From contig NC_135808.1 in the NCBI RefSeq assembly GCF_964213995.1, positions 103,044,001 to 103,108,000 on the forward strand: DNA of 64,000 nucleotides, written 5' to 3'. Below, in pieces: positions 48,721-61,869 of this stretch (its first letter is position 1; each line of letters opens with the position of its first letter). This DNA is from Mustelus asterias (Eukaryota). The notes under the pieces were generated by a model. The model saw only the letters and a program-made list of their open reading frames with translations, was not told the origin of the DNA and did no database searches. Made by a program: the position numbers and the translations under genes.

Positions 48721-51439
48721 ACTGTGGATATTCAACAAGGTTTACATTTTGTATCTGTCTTTTTTCTCTTTCATTTAGATTCTAACCGAATGAGGCACAA
48801 CACAAGATACCTTGACGGAGGACAGTCTTTCTGAGGATGCTCTGTTAGTTGCACCATTTCTCCCAGGCACCATTTAGACACTTGACATGCTGCATGGGTT
48901 ACATGGTGAGGCAGAAGTGTCTACATGTAGTGAAATGCAAAGTATCTGTGAGCATGTGAGGGAATAGGGGAACAGGAACAGCTCACAAAGAGCTCAGTTG
49001 AGGGCAAGGTCCCTTCCCAGCATTGCTGAGGAGGTCAGAGTTGAGGAGCAAGATTTTCTCTGGGTTTCTGAGGCCACTGTCAGGCTGAAATGGGGTCAGA
49101 AACCTGCACTGTGTGGAAACAATCATTCACTGTGATTTTCCCTGAATTGACAAGTTAACTGCAGAGGGCAGGATCTCCATCCAGTTGAGGTCAATGGATG
49201 GGCCCTCAGCTGGAAGGCCAATCAAGGGCCTTCCAGCTTGAAAGGAGCAGCAGGTGGCCAAAGAGGTTAAGCAAAGGAGAGTGTGCTTCAAAATGGAGGT
49301 GCCTTCTCCAATGTCTTTAAATTTAATTTAAAAAAATATTTTTGCAGCCAAGCCTTGTGTGTGGTGGGAGCCTCTCTACAAGGTGAGCTGTGGCTGTTGC
49401 AGCATCCAAGGCACGTACAGCCTCCAGGGCTGCTTGGAGTGCTGGTCCACTGGTCTGCCACTGGGAGATCGCCTCCAGGTATCTAAACCCGCCCCTGCTG
49501 CCTGTGGCAACCTGGAGGCTGATTGGAAAATCTCAGTCCGCCCCCTGTAATTGACCTTAAGCGATCTTTAATGAGTTGTTGGTAACCTGCTGTGTACTCT
49601 ACAACCCAGGATGGAACTGGGAAACTGGTGCTTACTGGATGGTGGTGTTATTTATAGCTATCTCCCATCACTGTCAGCCAGGCCCAGGAGGTGCTCCAAA
49701 TTCTGTTGCCTCAGCCATGAAAGGAAAACTTCTGACCTCACAGTAGTAGTCATATTGGAAGGCCTGCAAAAGACTTACGGCAATAGCTGAGAGTTTGAAG
49801 GAGTCCGCTTCCATAGATAAAGGCAAAATACTGCGGATGCTGGAATCTGCAACAAAAACAGAAAATTCTGGAAAAACTCGGGTCTGATAGCATTTGTGGA
49901 GAGAGAATAGGGCCAGTGTTTTGAGTCAGGATGGCCCTTCATCAGAGAGGTTGATGTGTAGAGTTTTTACTGGACTAATAATGCAGGGAATGTAAATTCA
50001 AATCTCAGCATGGCTGTTTGAGAATTTGAATTCAGCTTTAAAAGCCTGGAATTAAAAACTGTTGTAGGAAAAAGTGACCGTGAACCTGTTGGAGGGTTGT
50101 AAAAATCCATTTGGCCCACTCTGACGCTGTTATTTGTATCAAGCGGTACATCATCACCATCTCATGTGTCTGTCTGCTTGTAGCTGCTCCAACCAGAAAT
50201 TCTGCTGTAATAGTATATATCTCACTCTTGACTGACTTTCCATAACTAACTGGGGATTATACTGTGTGAGGTTCTGGACTCTTCGCAGATGACTGGCCAC
50301 TTAGCTTACTAAATATTGTGACAAAACCCTAGGTATGTCACACACCTTGCTGGTCTCTGTCTTCCGAGCCATTGTCCTACTGATTTGTTTGGATCTTCCT
50401 CTTTCACTGTTCCCAGTCTTCTTGCCCCACTCCACACCAGCCATAGTTGGTGATGCCAAAGGACAACTAGAGATTGGCAATAAACTATGTCGCTATTGTG
50501 ATTCTTACATCATGAGAACTGTTTTAAAAATAAGAAACCAATTAATGCATCACACCTAGTCTTAATTTCACTGATTATTCTACTTGACGCAGTAGTCACA
50601 TTGAGAGTGATCTTCTGAGTAGATAGTTTTTGTTTACAGGAATCAACAGGTACATTAAGCAGAAAATGACTAAATTGATGCCCAGCTTCGCAGCATGTTT
50701 TCGTGAGCATCAATGCAGGAGCCACTCAGACTTGTGGAAAACAAACCTAGCTGATAAATGAATTATTAAGAATTGCTTTGAAACTAGAAGCATAAAGATA
50801 ATGAAAATATTTGAATTAATGATAAATAGGGCATTAAGTGAATTATTTCTTTATTATATACCAAAGAATAAAATCACAATTCATTGGAATTATAAGCCAA
50901 TTTTGTTGAAATAAATGGCCCAGTAGTACAGTACAGAAGAAGATCATTCTGTCTATCAAGTTTATGCTATGTTAATTACTTTAAAAATGTAGCTAGTATA
51001 GGGAATGTGGAAGAAGCCAATCCATAAAGAACAATGAAATAAAAGATTATCTGTTTTGATGGTGTTGGTTAATAAATAAATGCTGATTAGCATACTGGAA
51101 AATCACTCCATCGTTTCTTTAAATATTGCCATTAGAGCTTTTATATCTTGAGAGAGGGAGACAGAACTCCAATTTAATGCTGTAAGCAAAAAATGATACA
51201 ACAGTACAACACTTCTCAGTATTGAAAGTGAGGCACTAGCTTAAATATGCTTGACAAGAATAGCAACAAAGGCAAAAACAAAAAATCCTTCACATAATAC
51301 GCCAGCACTTCCCAAATGTTCTCATTTGCTCCTCCCCCAAGGCAAAGGGGAACATATTCCCCCCACCATATTTAGATGTTTAAATACCACCCCCGCATAT
51401 TGTCAGAGTACCACATTATTGTTACATTGTGGCCACAAC

Positions 51440-52010
51440 AGCATTTCTCAAGAAAACTATGAAAGGATGCTACTCAACCGGCCAGTACTGTACATACAAA
51501 TGCCAATTACCTGGCTAATTGTTCCTTTCCATATTTAAACCAAGGAGAAAAAGTTAATTAAGGGGAAAACAATAAACCATACTAGATTGCAATCCTAATG
51601 CACGATGTTAGTCAGTCTGCTGTGTCGTCATGTCACATACCATTAGTGGGCCTACTTTTGCAGAGTTTCTCAAAGTATGGCTACAGTTTTGAGATTGTCT
51701 CTCAAATTGGCCTCACACAAAGAAGTGTCTGATTTTGAACAGCTGTTGCTTGGTTTGACAAGTTTACAAAAAGCAAATCCTCGTCCAATGATATGTTGTT
51801 AATGTATCACACATAGGTAGTTAAGAGACAGTCTCTGTTGCTGTCGGTGGTTTCATCCACTTGGATAGCAAAGCGGTTGTTACGTGGCTTTTCAATGAGT
51901 TGCTCTTCCAAGTTCTTTGACAAATCACACAAATTGTTTAGCAAATGTGTTGTTTGACAAAGAAACAGCTTTTTCCCCCCATATTGCTCCCGCTGCTTAA
52001 TTTGTCAGTT
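51440..52010 (-). mobile_element. hAT (Charlie/Buster-type) transposase relic
   Basis: Minus-strand reading DLSKNLEEQLIEKPRNNRFAIQVDETTDSNRDCLLTTYV, preceded by VSLSNNT, matches the first catalytic-Asp block of ZBED5/SCAND3-type transposases; disrupted. Confidence 0.75.
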
Positions 52011-52982
52011 ATAGTTAGGTAACGCTTTGATGGTGGCCACGTTGTGCCAATAGAATTTTATTTTCTTATTCCACTATTGTCATACATACTCAAATCATAA
52101 TGTGCAGGAGGAAAATAGTTGGTATTTGACTTTTTTTTTCTCCTAATTCCAAAGTTTGGGAAGCGCTGTAATATAGGTTGAGCTGGTTCTGTTCGTTTTA
52201 GGAAAAGGTCACGGGGTGAACTTTCTTCAACTATGATCTCGGTGCATATCAACGGTTTTCCTTTTTGACCTCTTCCTGCTCTTATACTTTGGCAAACCCT
52301 GTCCTAAGTCTTCCGCAAGGGTTTTGCAGCCTCAGTCCAACACTCACTTGGCTTGCACTGTTGAGATTTGCAAAAAGAAATTGATGGTTTGCTTTAGTTA
52401 ACTATCCTCAGTTATCTCTACACTTTTGTGAGCTCTTTGTATTTGTACTTGATTCTTTTTAGTCGAGAAAATTTTCCTAATGAAAGCATTTTTAAGAATT
52501 CAAGTCTTATTTTGATCAAATAAAATGTTCATAAATTGCTTCATTCCCTGCAGTAAATTTAAATATAGTTTAATATAAATTTAAAAATATATTTACTTAT
52601 CCTTTCCTCTGCAGCTGATCATGATAAATGTTTCAATGCCTTACTGTCAAGCATAAATGGCAGTGACACTTGACTTTTATTTGTCTTGATTTTATCATAT
52701 CATTGATGTAGCAGTAGTTTGTTGAGATTGTCAGTGCTCCTAGTTCCTATGAATTCTGCTTTAGTGGCGGAACAAAACATGGTGCTGAAAGGCTTTGATT
52801 CTGTTAAAGCACCTTCATCTGAAGTTGATGTAGTTCTGGTAGCCACTTATTCATCCTAAAATCTCATATTCAGCCTGAACCCATTATGATTCATGGCCAA
52901 GATTGGACCTAGAAGATCTCTTAAATGTTGTTACTTAAAAAAATACATTATTTTAATGAAATCTCAGCTGAGATGACATTGG

Positions 52983-53323
52983 AATCATAGAAACCCTACA
53001 GTGCAGAAAGAGGCCATTTGGCCCATCGAATCTGCACCGACCACAATCCCACCCAAGCCCTACCCCCATATCCCTATATATTTACCCGCTAATCCCACTA
53101 ACCTACACATCTCAGGACTCTAAGAGGCAATTTTTAGCATGGCCAATCAACCTAACTTGCACATCTTTGGACTGTGGGAGGAAACCGGAGCACCCGGAGG
53201 AAAACCACGCAGACAGTGGGAGAATGTGCAAACTCCACACAGACAGTGACCCAAGCCGGGAATCGAACCCAGGTCCCTGGAGCTGTGAAGCAGCAGTGCT
53301 AACCACTGTGCTACCGTGCCGCC
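52983..53323 (-). mobile_element. Full-length HE1/V-SINE-type SINE
   Basis: Near reverse complement of 3686-4020. Confidence 0.92.
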
Positions 53324-53882
53324 CAGATCTCTTTTAAAGCTGTCCACAGAAGCATTGGGTTGAAAAAGGATAATATTTTCTCAGATATTCATTAAAGAGG
53401 ATAATTCAAACATTATTTAGTTTCTACAGTGCATCAAATGTGATAGTTGCTTATGAGGTATATTTGCATTGTCTAAGGAGATTGAAGATAAATATCTTTA
53501 GTCTGGTAGCATTTACCCAAATCTGTTGAGGGATGTCATGGAAGCCAGTTGTGGGCACTGGCTATAGACTTGCCAGTTGTTTGATATTTATGAGATATTA
53601 AAGGACTGAAAGCATGCCAATGTACTACTTCTATTTAACAAGGAATGTCATTCCAATTCAAGCCTCATTTCTATAATCGGCAATGTACTGCACTGGTAAA
53701 ACCTCCGCTAAACTCATTTGCTAACTTGGCATTCTTGCTGATGTCTGTTGATGATCTCAGCTGGCATTCTGACAACAAACATTTTGAAACTATGAACTAC
53801 TTCAACTGCAAAGGAAAGTTGCTTGATATTTGATATCCCAGAGTTACCTGTCATGCCATTTTATTTTATAAATTCCGACATT

Positions 53883-54998
53883 GGGCTTGATTTTACCATC
53901 AAGTTGCACCCTTTTTCGGGCGTAAAAACTTGGTAAAGTTGGGCATGAGGCGAGTAGCGCGATCTGCGCCCACGTCCGTGTCGGTTCCCCCTTTATCAAG
54001 GCCCGAAAATGGCCGTGATTGGGACTGCGCCTGAAACGGGTGCGATGGCCATTTAAATGCTTTTGCATGCATTTACATTAACTTAATGAGCTGCACGCCC
54101 AACCTTACCGGCACTTCACTTTTTACCACCACGTTCACGCATCCAGATTCAGCGCGAAACAGACATACTCCACAAAAGACCGATTTGGGCGCTCCAATTA
54201 GTGAGGAGGTAAGCGCCAAGTAAGTGGCTCTCTGCTTGAGATTGGTTTGGGTTGGGGGGGTGGTGGGTCCGACCGCTCTCTGCTTGAGATCGGTGGTGAG
54301 GGAAGGGGGGTCTGCTGCCAGTCTGTGTTATCAGTAAGGGGGAAGAGGGGGGGGGTCTACTGCCAGTCTGCCTGTTATCAGTAAGAGGGAAGGGGGGGTC
54401 CGCTGCCACTCTGCCTGAGATCAGTGAGGGGGAAAGGGGATCGCTGCCACTCTGCCTGAGATCAGTGGGGGGGGCAGGGGGTCCTCTGCCACTCTGCCTG
54501 TTATCAGTAAGAGGGGGGGTCCGCTGCCACTCTGCCTGAGATCAGTGAGGGGGAAAGGGGATCGCTGCAACTCTGCCTGAGATCAGGGGGGGTAGGGGGG
54601 TCCTCTGCCACTCTGCCTGAGATCAGTGGGGGAAGGGGGTGGGGCATGCGATCGGTCTGGGTTGTAGGGGATAAGGGGGTCAATGTTGTGGGGGTGGGGC
54701 AATGTCTGTGGGGTCCAGGGGGAGGCATTATCCGGCCTGGGGGGGATGTGGCAGGGGAGTATTATTCTATCATTTTCTTTCTGCGCATGCGTAGTTGGAG
54801 GTGCCGATCGGAGCTACAGGGTTTCAGGCGTGTTAAGCCCTGCCCACAGGCTTGTGCAGCGCGATTCAGAATCGCTGATAGTTTTTCAGGCAGAGTGTGT
54901 ATGGGGGTGCCTGAGAACGGGTCTAAAAATTGGATCTGAAACACTCCCATTTTCAAGTCCCACCCAGCACTTAGAATCAAAATGGTAAAATAGGGCCC
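53883..54998. mobile_element. Non-autonomous PIF/Harbinger-type element with an internal ~40-bp G-rich tandem array (~54220-54635)
   Basis: TIRs gggcttgattttaccat / atggtaaaatagggccc, 3-bp TSD att on both sides; unit ctgccactctgcctgagatcagtg(g)n. Confidence 0.85.
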
Positions 54999-55345
54999 AT
55001 TGTCTTTGTCAGTAACTGATATAGCTCCACTAACTGTTTGCAGAAAGTCTGGACCCCCTAGTTTAGGAGCAGGATACATTACTTCTGTTTGTTTATTTTT
55101 GGATTTGCATGGTAATTCACTGTCTTATTTATATAGCACCTTAAGACATTCCACAAAACATCTGATGGTTTCATTTTGAAAGTTCAATCATTTAGGAAAA
55201 CAACAAAGCCCAAATCACAGCTAATTGGAATCACCAGATTTTTTTGTGAAATTTGTACGTTCAATCTGACTCCAGAGACGTGGGTAAAAAATCTTGGATG
55301 ACACTTTAGTGTGGTACCAAAACTCATACTGCACTGTCGAGTTGT

Positions 55346-55613
55346 TTGCTGGAATTTTACTGCCTCGCCTGCCCGAGGCTCATAAGATCCCGCCCGAGGC
55401 CAATGGAGAATGCCGTTCTGTGAGCCTCACCTGCCCCGATTCTGGGGCGGGCGTGCTGGTAAAATTCTGGCAATTGAGCAGGATTTCCCGGCCACGCTCG
55501 CCCCAAGGCTGGAAATTCCTACCTGAAGTCACCAGACATTTGCATGGTCCGCCTTCACCCCCTACGATTCCCGTAGCGGGCGGTTCCTGTAGCAGGACGG
55601 GAAAATTCTGTCC
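55346..55613. mobile_element. Two adjacent ~130-bp MITEs with Harbinger-like ends
   Basis: gctggaattttac...gtaaaattctggc followed by gcaggatttccc...gggaaaattctgt. Confidence 0.6.
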
Positions 55614-55741
55614 ACAGTGTTTGGATGTGATGTTAAACCAAGATCTTTCTTCCATCTCGTGTCTAAATCCTTAGCATTAATTGAATAGGGAGTTCCTCCA
55701 ATATCCCGCAACAGTTTTTCTGAACCAACGTCTAAATTAGA

Positions 55742-55912
55742 TGCAAAAACAGAAAACACTGGAAATAGTCTGCGAGTCTCGCAGCATCTGTGGAGAGAGA
55801 AACAATTTTTCGGGTCAATTACCTTTCATCAGATTAGATGCGACCTGCTGAATATTTCCAACATTTTATGTTTTTATTTCAGATTTTAAGCCTCTGGAGT
55901 ATTTTGCTTTGG
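55742..55912. mobile_element. Degenerate palindromic Penelope-type repeat (second family) with a decayed hammerhead core on the minus strand
   Basis: aaaaacagaaaacactggaaata...tatttccaacattttatgttttt arms; minus-strand CUGAUGA...GAAA at 55808-55832; related to 49820-49947 and 33245-33400. Confidence 0.6.
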
Positions 55913-56360
55913 ACCGAGAACTGATGTGATTGAGTCTCTGATTGCTGTTTGTGGGATCTCACTGTGATAGATATGCTGCTAGATATCATACATTACAACA
56001 GTGAATACATTTCAAAAGTACTTAATTGTCTTAAAAAGATTTGGGACTTCCTGAAAATCAACGAAAATGCAAGTTCTTTGGAAAATTGAGCACGCAGATT
56101 ATTAAAATCCAGCGATGCAATGGAAATGTGAATGTATTGGGGAAATTATGCAGTAATTTTTTCACAAGCTTTTATTTCAAAAGAAAAATAAAAAATGGCT
56201 ATTTTAAAACAAACATTTCCCACTTTGGGTGAGACAGAAAATCCTGGCCAATAAGCATTTATGTACTAGGCAGTAAATGTCATTCAGGGTTTAAAATAAT
56301 CTGTTTGATTAATAAACATTCCTATATTTAAAAGTAATTATTTTTCCAGTTTGATTCAGA

Positions 56361-56466
56361 ATGACTGCTGGGAAAGCTACGATTGGGAAACTAGCCCCCG
56401 ATTTTGAAGCCACGGCTGTGATGCCTAATGGACAATTTGAGCAACTCAAACTGTCTAAATACAGAG
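56361..56466 (+). CDS. PRDX1: Peroxiredoxin-1 coding exon 1 ([35 protein letters not shown])
   Basis: 106 nt; acceptor 11 nt before ATG; gtaag donor; AP.F.ATAVMP motif; synteny with AKR1A1/NASP. Confidence 0.95.
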
Positions 56467-57289
56467 GTAAGAATAATGACAGGGTTTTAGGTAGTATTTA
56501 TTATAAAACAAGTTTAAAGTTACCTTACATTTTGTAATAACTTATCACATTGGCTGTGTTTACATGTGGTCAGGGACAGCTGTTTAAAAGGGTTGAAGTT
56601 CTTAATGTGTTGGGAAGCCAGTTACAACCTGCTCATTTCTCTTTTTAACCTCAGCATAAATTGCAGCAAATGGCAATTATGGAGCAGAATTTTAACTGCC
56701 AAGGAGAGAGAGGGTGTGGGTTTGCCAATGGGTAAGTGGTAAAATGCCTGAAAAATAACTTCTGGAAACCCGACATAATCTTGCTCATTTCTGGCTTTTA
56801 CAAGGGTGAATTCTGAAGTGTGTGGGAAATCCCAGTGAAGCTGTCATCTCTATGGAAATATCAAATAATTGTGACTTTATCCTAGAATTTTGGCTGTAAC
56901 AAGCCTACATTGGTGAATTGAGTACTCAAGCTGTGGAACTGACCAGTGTCAACAAGGTGAGGGCACAGCAGAAACTCAATAAGAGGTGAAACTGACAGGC
57001 TGGGAATCTGCATTGCCCCTTCCCCGCCTTTGAAGCATGCTGTCACAGCTTCACAGGTGATATCCAACTTTTTGAAAGTTACTTTCACCTAACTTCACTT
57101 TATCCACTTGAATCTGCACTTTTCTGCTGTCAGCCTTTGAATAAGCTTCTGTACTATACAATGGATATCTGATGAGGGACAAGAAGAGCAGCCACATCAA
57201 CACCACCAACAGTAGTAGTCTTCTCCTCAGTCACATGCCACTCCATAAGATAGATGCAGCTCTAGCTCTAGTTCGAAGGAGGCAATACC

Positions 57290-58270
57290 CTCAGCGAGGG
57301 AACAGAGACAGAGGATCGATTTCCTCTTTATGATGGAGCAACAAACAGTGCCTCAGGAGCCTGAGGATTTTAAGGCAGATCATTGCTGACATTTGCCCCC
57401 AGTCTCTTGAAACAAGGCTTCCTTCCAAAAGGGACAGGTGGGCATAAATTACCAATGATTGTCAAAGTCATCACAGCCATGACTTCCATCGTCTTCAGTT
57501 GATCATGATGATGGCATTTGCAAGATTTTACAACCTGCTGCCCACACATATCTCCCAGGTGACTAATTCTATGCTTGCCAAAGCTGCTATTTCTGTGCAC
57601 TTTGATATTGATGAAGCCAGTCATGTGGGGGGTACTCACATTTGCTGCAGTAACTTTATTTCCATAGGAACACCATTGGTATTATCCTCAGACCCTTGAA
57701 TCGAGGATTATGTCTATAGGTGTAGTGCTGTTGGAGTGCACTAGAGCGTCGCTCTGGCACCTGCAACCAAAGCCTGGAAGAGGAGACTACTGATGGTTCC
57801 AAACAGAATGACAAAATCAGTCATGGAATCTTTACAGTGCAGAAGGAGGCCATTTGATATGATGGGGATAATCTTACCAAAACAATTCTAAGTGCCGAAT
57901 GAGCGTGAAAACGGGAGGGAATCGCCCCATTTTGTGAGCGAGTTCCCAGACACAATCATACGGCACTTAGAAAGAAAAAGAGCCCAAATGTGATTCTCGC
58001 CAGCGGGGGAGTGGGTGGAGCTTATTCACGCTAGGAAGCTGGCTCCTGAGCTCTAGAGGCACCATTGCACAAGCATACTGATCATCCGGTGTACTATGTA
58101 CAGTGTGTCATCCCCCCCAATTGCTGCGCCAGCCGATACAGGAGTCAAAGAAGTCAAAGGCACTCATATTATTCTGAAGTTATTATCAATCATAAGGGAT
58201 TCTGTTCCAGCAATGTACATTGCCATAGAAACTCACAACAGGCTGTTACAGTATGCTTGTGCAATGGTGC
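57290..58270 (+). mobile_element. Harbinger transposase relic interrupted by other inserts (incl. MITE end at ~57863-58125)
   Basis: LPMIVKVITA and HISQVT blocks, then IINHKGFCSSNV resembling the NRKGFHS.NVQ motif. Confidence 0.6.
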
Positions 58271-58271
58271 C

Positions 58272-58501
58272 TCTTTAAGACCTGGTTGGCTGTAGAGATT
58301 CGCATTCTAATCAGTATTCTGTAACTTGATTTTGTGTCTCTGTGCCCTGTTTGAGAACAGATTTCCACTCCATCTGACGAAGGAGCAGCACTCCGAAAGC
58401 TAATGGCATTTGCTACCAAATAAACCTGTTGGACTTTAACTTGGTGTTGTTAAAACTCTTACTGTGTTTACCCCAGTCCAACGCCGGCATCTCCACACCA
58501 T
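58272..58501 (+). mobile_element. Penelope-like terminal repeat
   Basis: Homologous to 26021-26208 and 47287-47391. Confidence 0.8.
58370..58406 (+). ncRNA. Minimal type I hammerhead ribozyme motif
   Basis: CCAU-CUGACGA-A-GGAG/CAGCA/CUCC-GAAA-GC-UA-AUGG. Confidence 0.72.
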
Positions 58502-60740
58502 GCGTGCAGGACAGAGTCTGTCATTGGGGTAGGAGGAAGCTTTACATGGGGAAAGATGCATGCAAGGCATGAAAAATGAGAGTGCCTATAGAAGAGTTCC
58601 CACTTCCATTTGTTCCTTTTCTGCCTTTCCTGTCATGGCCCATCTGCATTCCCTGCTAGCCAAGAGCTGGACAGTACTTTGCTGTACTTCAGTGAGGCAT
58701 CAAACGTCCAAAATGAGGGTTTCCTCCATTCAGTTTAAAATGACATACTGAATTTGCAGGCCATTGGGTTGCTTGTCGCTTCTGATTTTCCGTGCAGGTC
58801 ACCACTCTCTCCATAGAGGTGGACACCACCTCAAATACCTGAGGCATCATGGCACTCGTTCTATTCCAGAAAACAAGAAAGTGATCTTTCAGTCAGAATC
58901 TTGCAGTCATCTTTGAAGATCTTTAGGATCGAGTTGTGGTAACAATCTGAAAGAACATTTTGCTGACTTCTCACTTCATATTAAAAACTCCCATTTCTCA
59001 CCAACCCATGTGTTTGTAAAAGGTCTACAATGTAGTTGTGTATTGAAACTTAGTTTGTTAATGTTAGAGATCTGTAGCTATTTAGGCAGTTGGAACTTAA
59101 AATAAAATCCACATCCAACTTTTAACAAGTGATTTTTGAGGAATGGGATATTATTTTTGTGTACATTGACCTTATTTAAATGAAGAAAATTTCCTAGACT
59201 GAATTTAACATAGACAGGTCTTCAGTAAGTACTCCTGAGATAATTTCCAAGCATATCTTTCTGTCTCTTTAGTTGTGATGCCATTAGTTGCAGTATGGTA
59301 ATTCCAAGATCGCCCTATGTACACCTCACCTAGCACTTACTGTATCTTACTCAGGCAAACACCATCATAGAGTCCACTTGTTCTCGGGAACTTAGGTAGT
59401 TTGAGAAGAGCTTGCTGGATGATATACAGAGCACATGTCAGCAAGGGCTGGAGAAAATGGTACTTGCTCTTGACTGCAGTTCAGAATGACACAGAGAGGC
59501 CATAAGCCACAGCTTGATATACTTGTTGCCTAAAAGTCAAACAAACCTTCACTTTGTGGGTAATTGTGACTCAAAATGTGTGCAGCTGGGGAAATAACGT
59601 CTTTCGCAAACAAGTTGGATCTTCATAGATTAGAATCCCTTCCTATTCATATAAGACAGGAGGATGGAAAGGTAAAGTGTATGCCATCGATCATTTCCTG
59701 GTAGGGAAGCCAGTTATGTGAAAAAGCAAGGCTTGGTGGTTCCTGGGTTACATGAGAATGGTGACTTTGTATTGATTAGCTTTGGTAAACAAATGCAGCG
59801 TGCATTTGATAAGTGTACCAATTTCTTAGTAACTACCTCATGTTAGAGCTGTGTCTCCCATGACTCACTTGATTTCCCACCTCCCAAGTCAAAACTTTGT
59901 TTGCTCACTGCACAACTGTCAGTGTTGTGTCAACATTGCTCCATGATTCCTAAGTCTTCCTGAAACAGGTCGCTTAACTTTTGCACTAACCCCTGCTGAA
60001 CCAATAGGAAGTAAATCCAGAAAGTAGAGGAAGAATGATTACATCCTTTTGTCCTGTGATTTTGAGTCTTCTTGACATTCAGAAGAGCTTCCTGTTCATT
60101 TTCCTTCTAACCCAGAATTAGAGAGTTTGTTGTTGTTTAAATGTGGATTGCAAACTTTAAACAGTTTACATTGGACCTGTGCAATCAACTGACCAAAATA
60201 GTATGACTGATTTGCAATACCAAACTTATCTAAATGTAAAATAAGATTACTGCATTCATTGCTGTTTGGTTCATTAAGTTAGTTGAGCAGGCTCTCTGAT
60301 AGAACCTTAATTCAGCACCAACTTTTGCAGAGTAGTCGGTACTTGATCCATAATCAGGGCAAACAGAAAGGCAGGCTTTGATACATCTGATCCTGAATTG
60401 AATGGTATTTAATTTGGAATGATTCATTACAATGTTCAAACATATCAGGAGGAATCTAGACGCAACACTGGGGCAGAGCTATGCAGGCATAGAGTTGATG
60501 AAGCGATTGCATCTTTTCTTCGTCTCAGAAATGCCAAAAAATTGGAAAATCCAAGCTCTACATTAGGGCTCTACATTTCTTTGAGTACTCTGGATAGTTG
60601 TCGTAACTAGTAAAGAGCCAACATTTTCAACATAGGTTCCAGCCATTACTTTACACAAATCTAACATGATGAACAATCACTTATGACTTTTATTTGCATG
60701 GCACTATGGTTATGAATTAAACTGTTCATTTTCTCAACAG

Positions 60741-60894
60741 GAAAATATGTAGTCTTCTTTTTCTACCCACTTGATTTCTCCTATGTGTGTCCCACTGAAA
60801 TTATCGCTTTTAGTGATCGTGTAGAGGATTTCAACAAGATTAATTGTGAAATAATTGCTGCTTCTACAGACTCCCATTTTGCTCATTTGGCTTG
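60741..60894 (+). CDS. PRDX1: Peroxiredoxin-1 coding exon 2 with peroxidatic Cys ([26 protein letters not shown]...HLAW)
   Basis: 154 nt, caacag acceptor, gtatgt donor, phase 1-2; YPLDF..VCPTE. Confidence 0.97.
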
Positions 60895-61205
60895 GTATGT
60901 AATTTTGTTTTGACATATCCAATACTTAAATTTCAACTTATGACATATCAAGTATTATTAAATATTTATTTTTTCTTTCCTGTTTCCAAGTTTCATTAGC
61001 TGTATAGTTAGAATGGTAATGGTCAGAGTGAGGATGTTCGGGAAATCATCAGCAACCTATATGGTTTTATTTTCATGTTCATCTTGTTTTTAACAATATT
61101 GTACTTTGTCGTCAAACAAAATATTTTTGGGAATGAAGGTATCTAGGATACTCAAAAGTAAACATTGGAACTTGATTGAATAATTATGTGTGGTGAACAT
61201 GGGAA

Positions 61206-61395
61206 AGATGTCCAAAGATGTGCGGGTTAGGTTGATTGGCCAGGTTAAAAATTGTCCCTTAGAGTCCTGGGATGCATAGGTTAGAGGGATTAGCGGGTAA
61301 AATATGTGGGGGTAGGGCCTGGGTGGGATTGTGGTCGGTGCAGACTCGATGGGCCGAATGGCCTCCTGCACTGTAGGGTTTCTATGTTCTATGTT
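61206..61395 (+). mobile_element. HE1/V-SINE 3' half
   Basis: Near identical to 3838-4015. Confidence 0.88.
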
Positions 61396-61869
61396 ATGTC
61401 CAACAGCAATTTTGGTTGGGTTTGGGGTGAAGCAAAAGATTTTATGTTGGAATACTGAAATGGTGATGGGCCTCAATTCTTCATTATTCTTGTTGTTATT
61501 CTGGGTGGGAGTATGGAGGAGCTTCCAGTTTTGAAGTTTTGAACCTCCTAACTTTCAGGGGTCCCAATTTGTGTAATCTAGGTGAGGCCAGAATTCATGG
61601 AGTGCCATGGGGATCAGTACTGGGGCCTCAACTATTTACGATCTATATCAGTGACTTGGATGAAGGGACTGGATGTATGGTAGCAAATTTGCTGATGACA
61701 TAAAAACAGGTAGGATGGGGCACTTCTAACTAAGGGGGAGCCTACATCAAGGGAGATGTCTGTGCAACATTGCCCTGGTATCACCCTGGCCACTGAAGCT
61801 GCCTTCAGCGAGTCAGGAATCAGATATTCACAGCAGTTTTTTGAGGAACAATGCTCTGTCCCCACTGTG

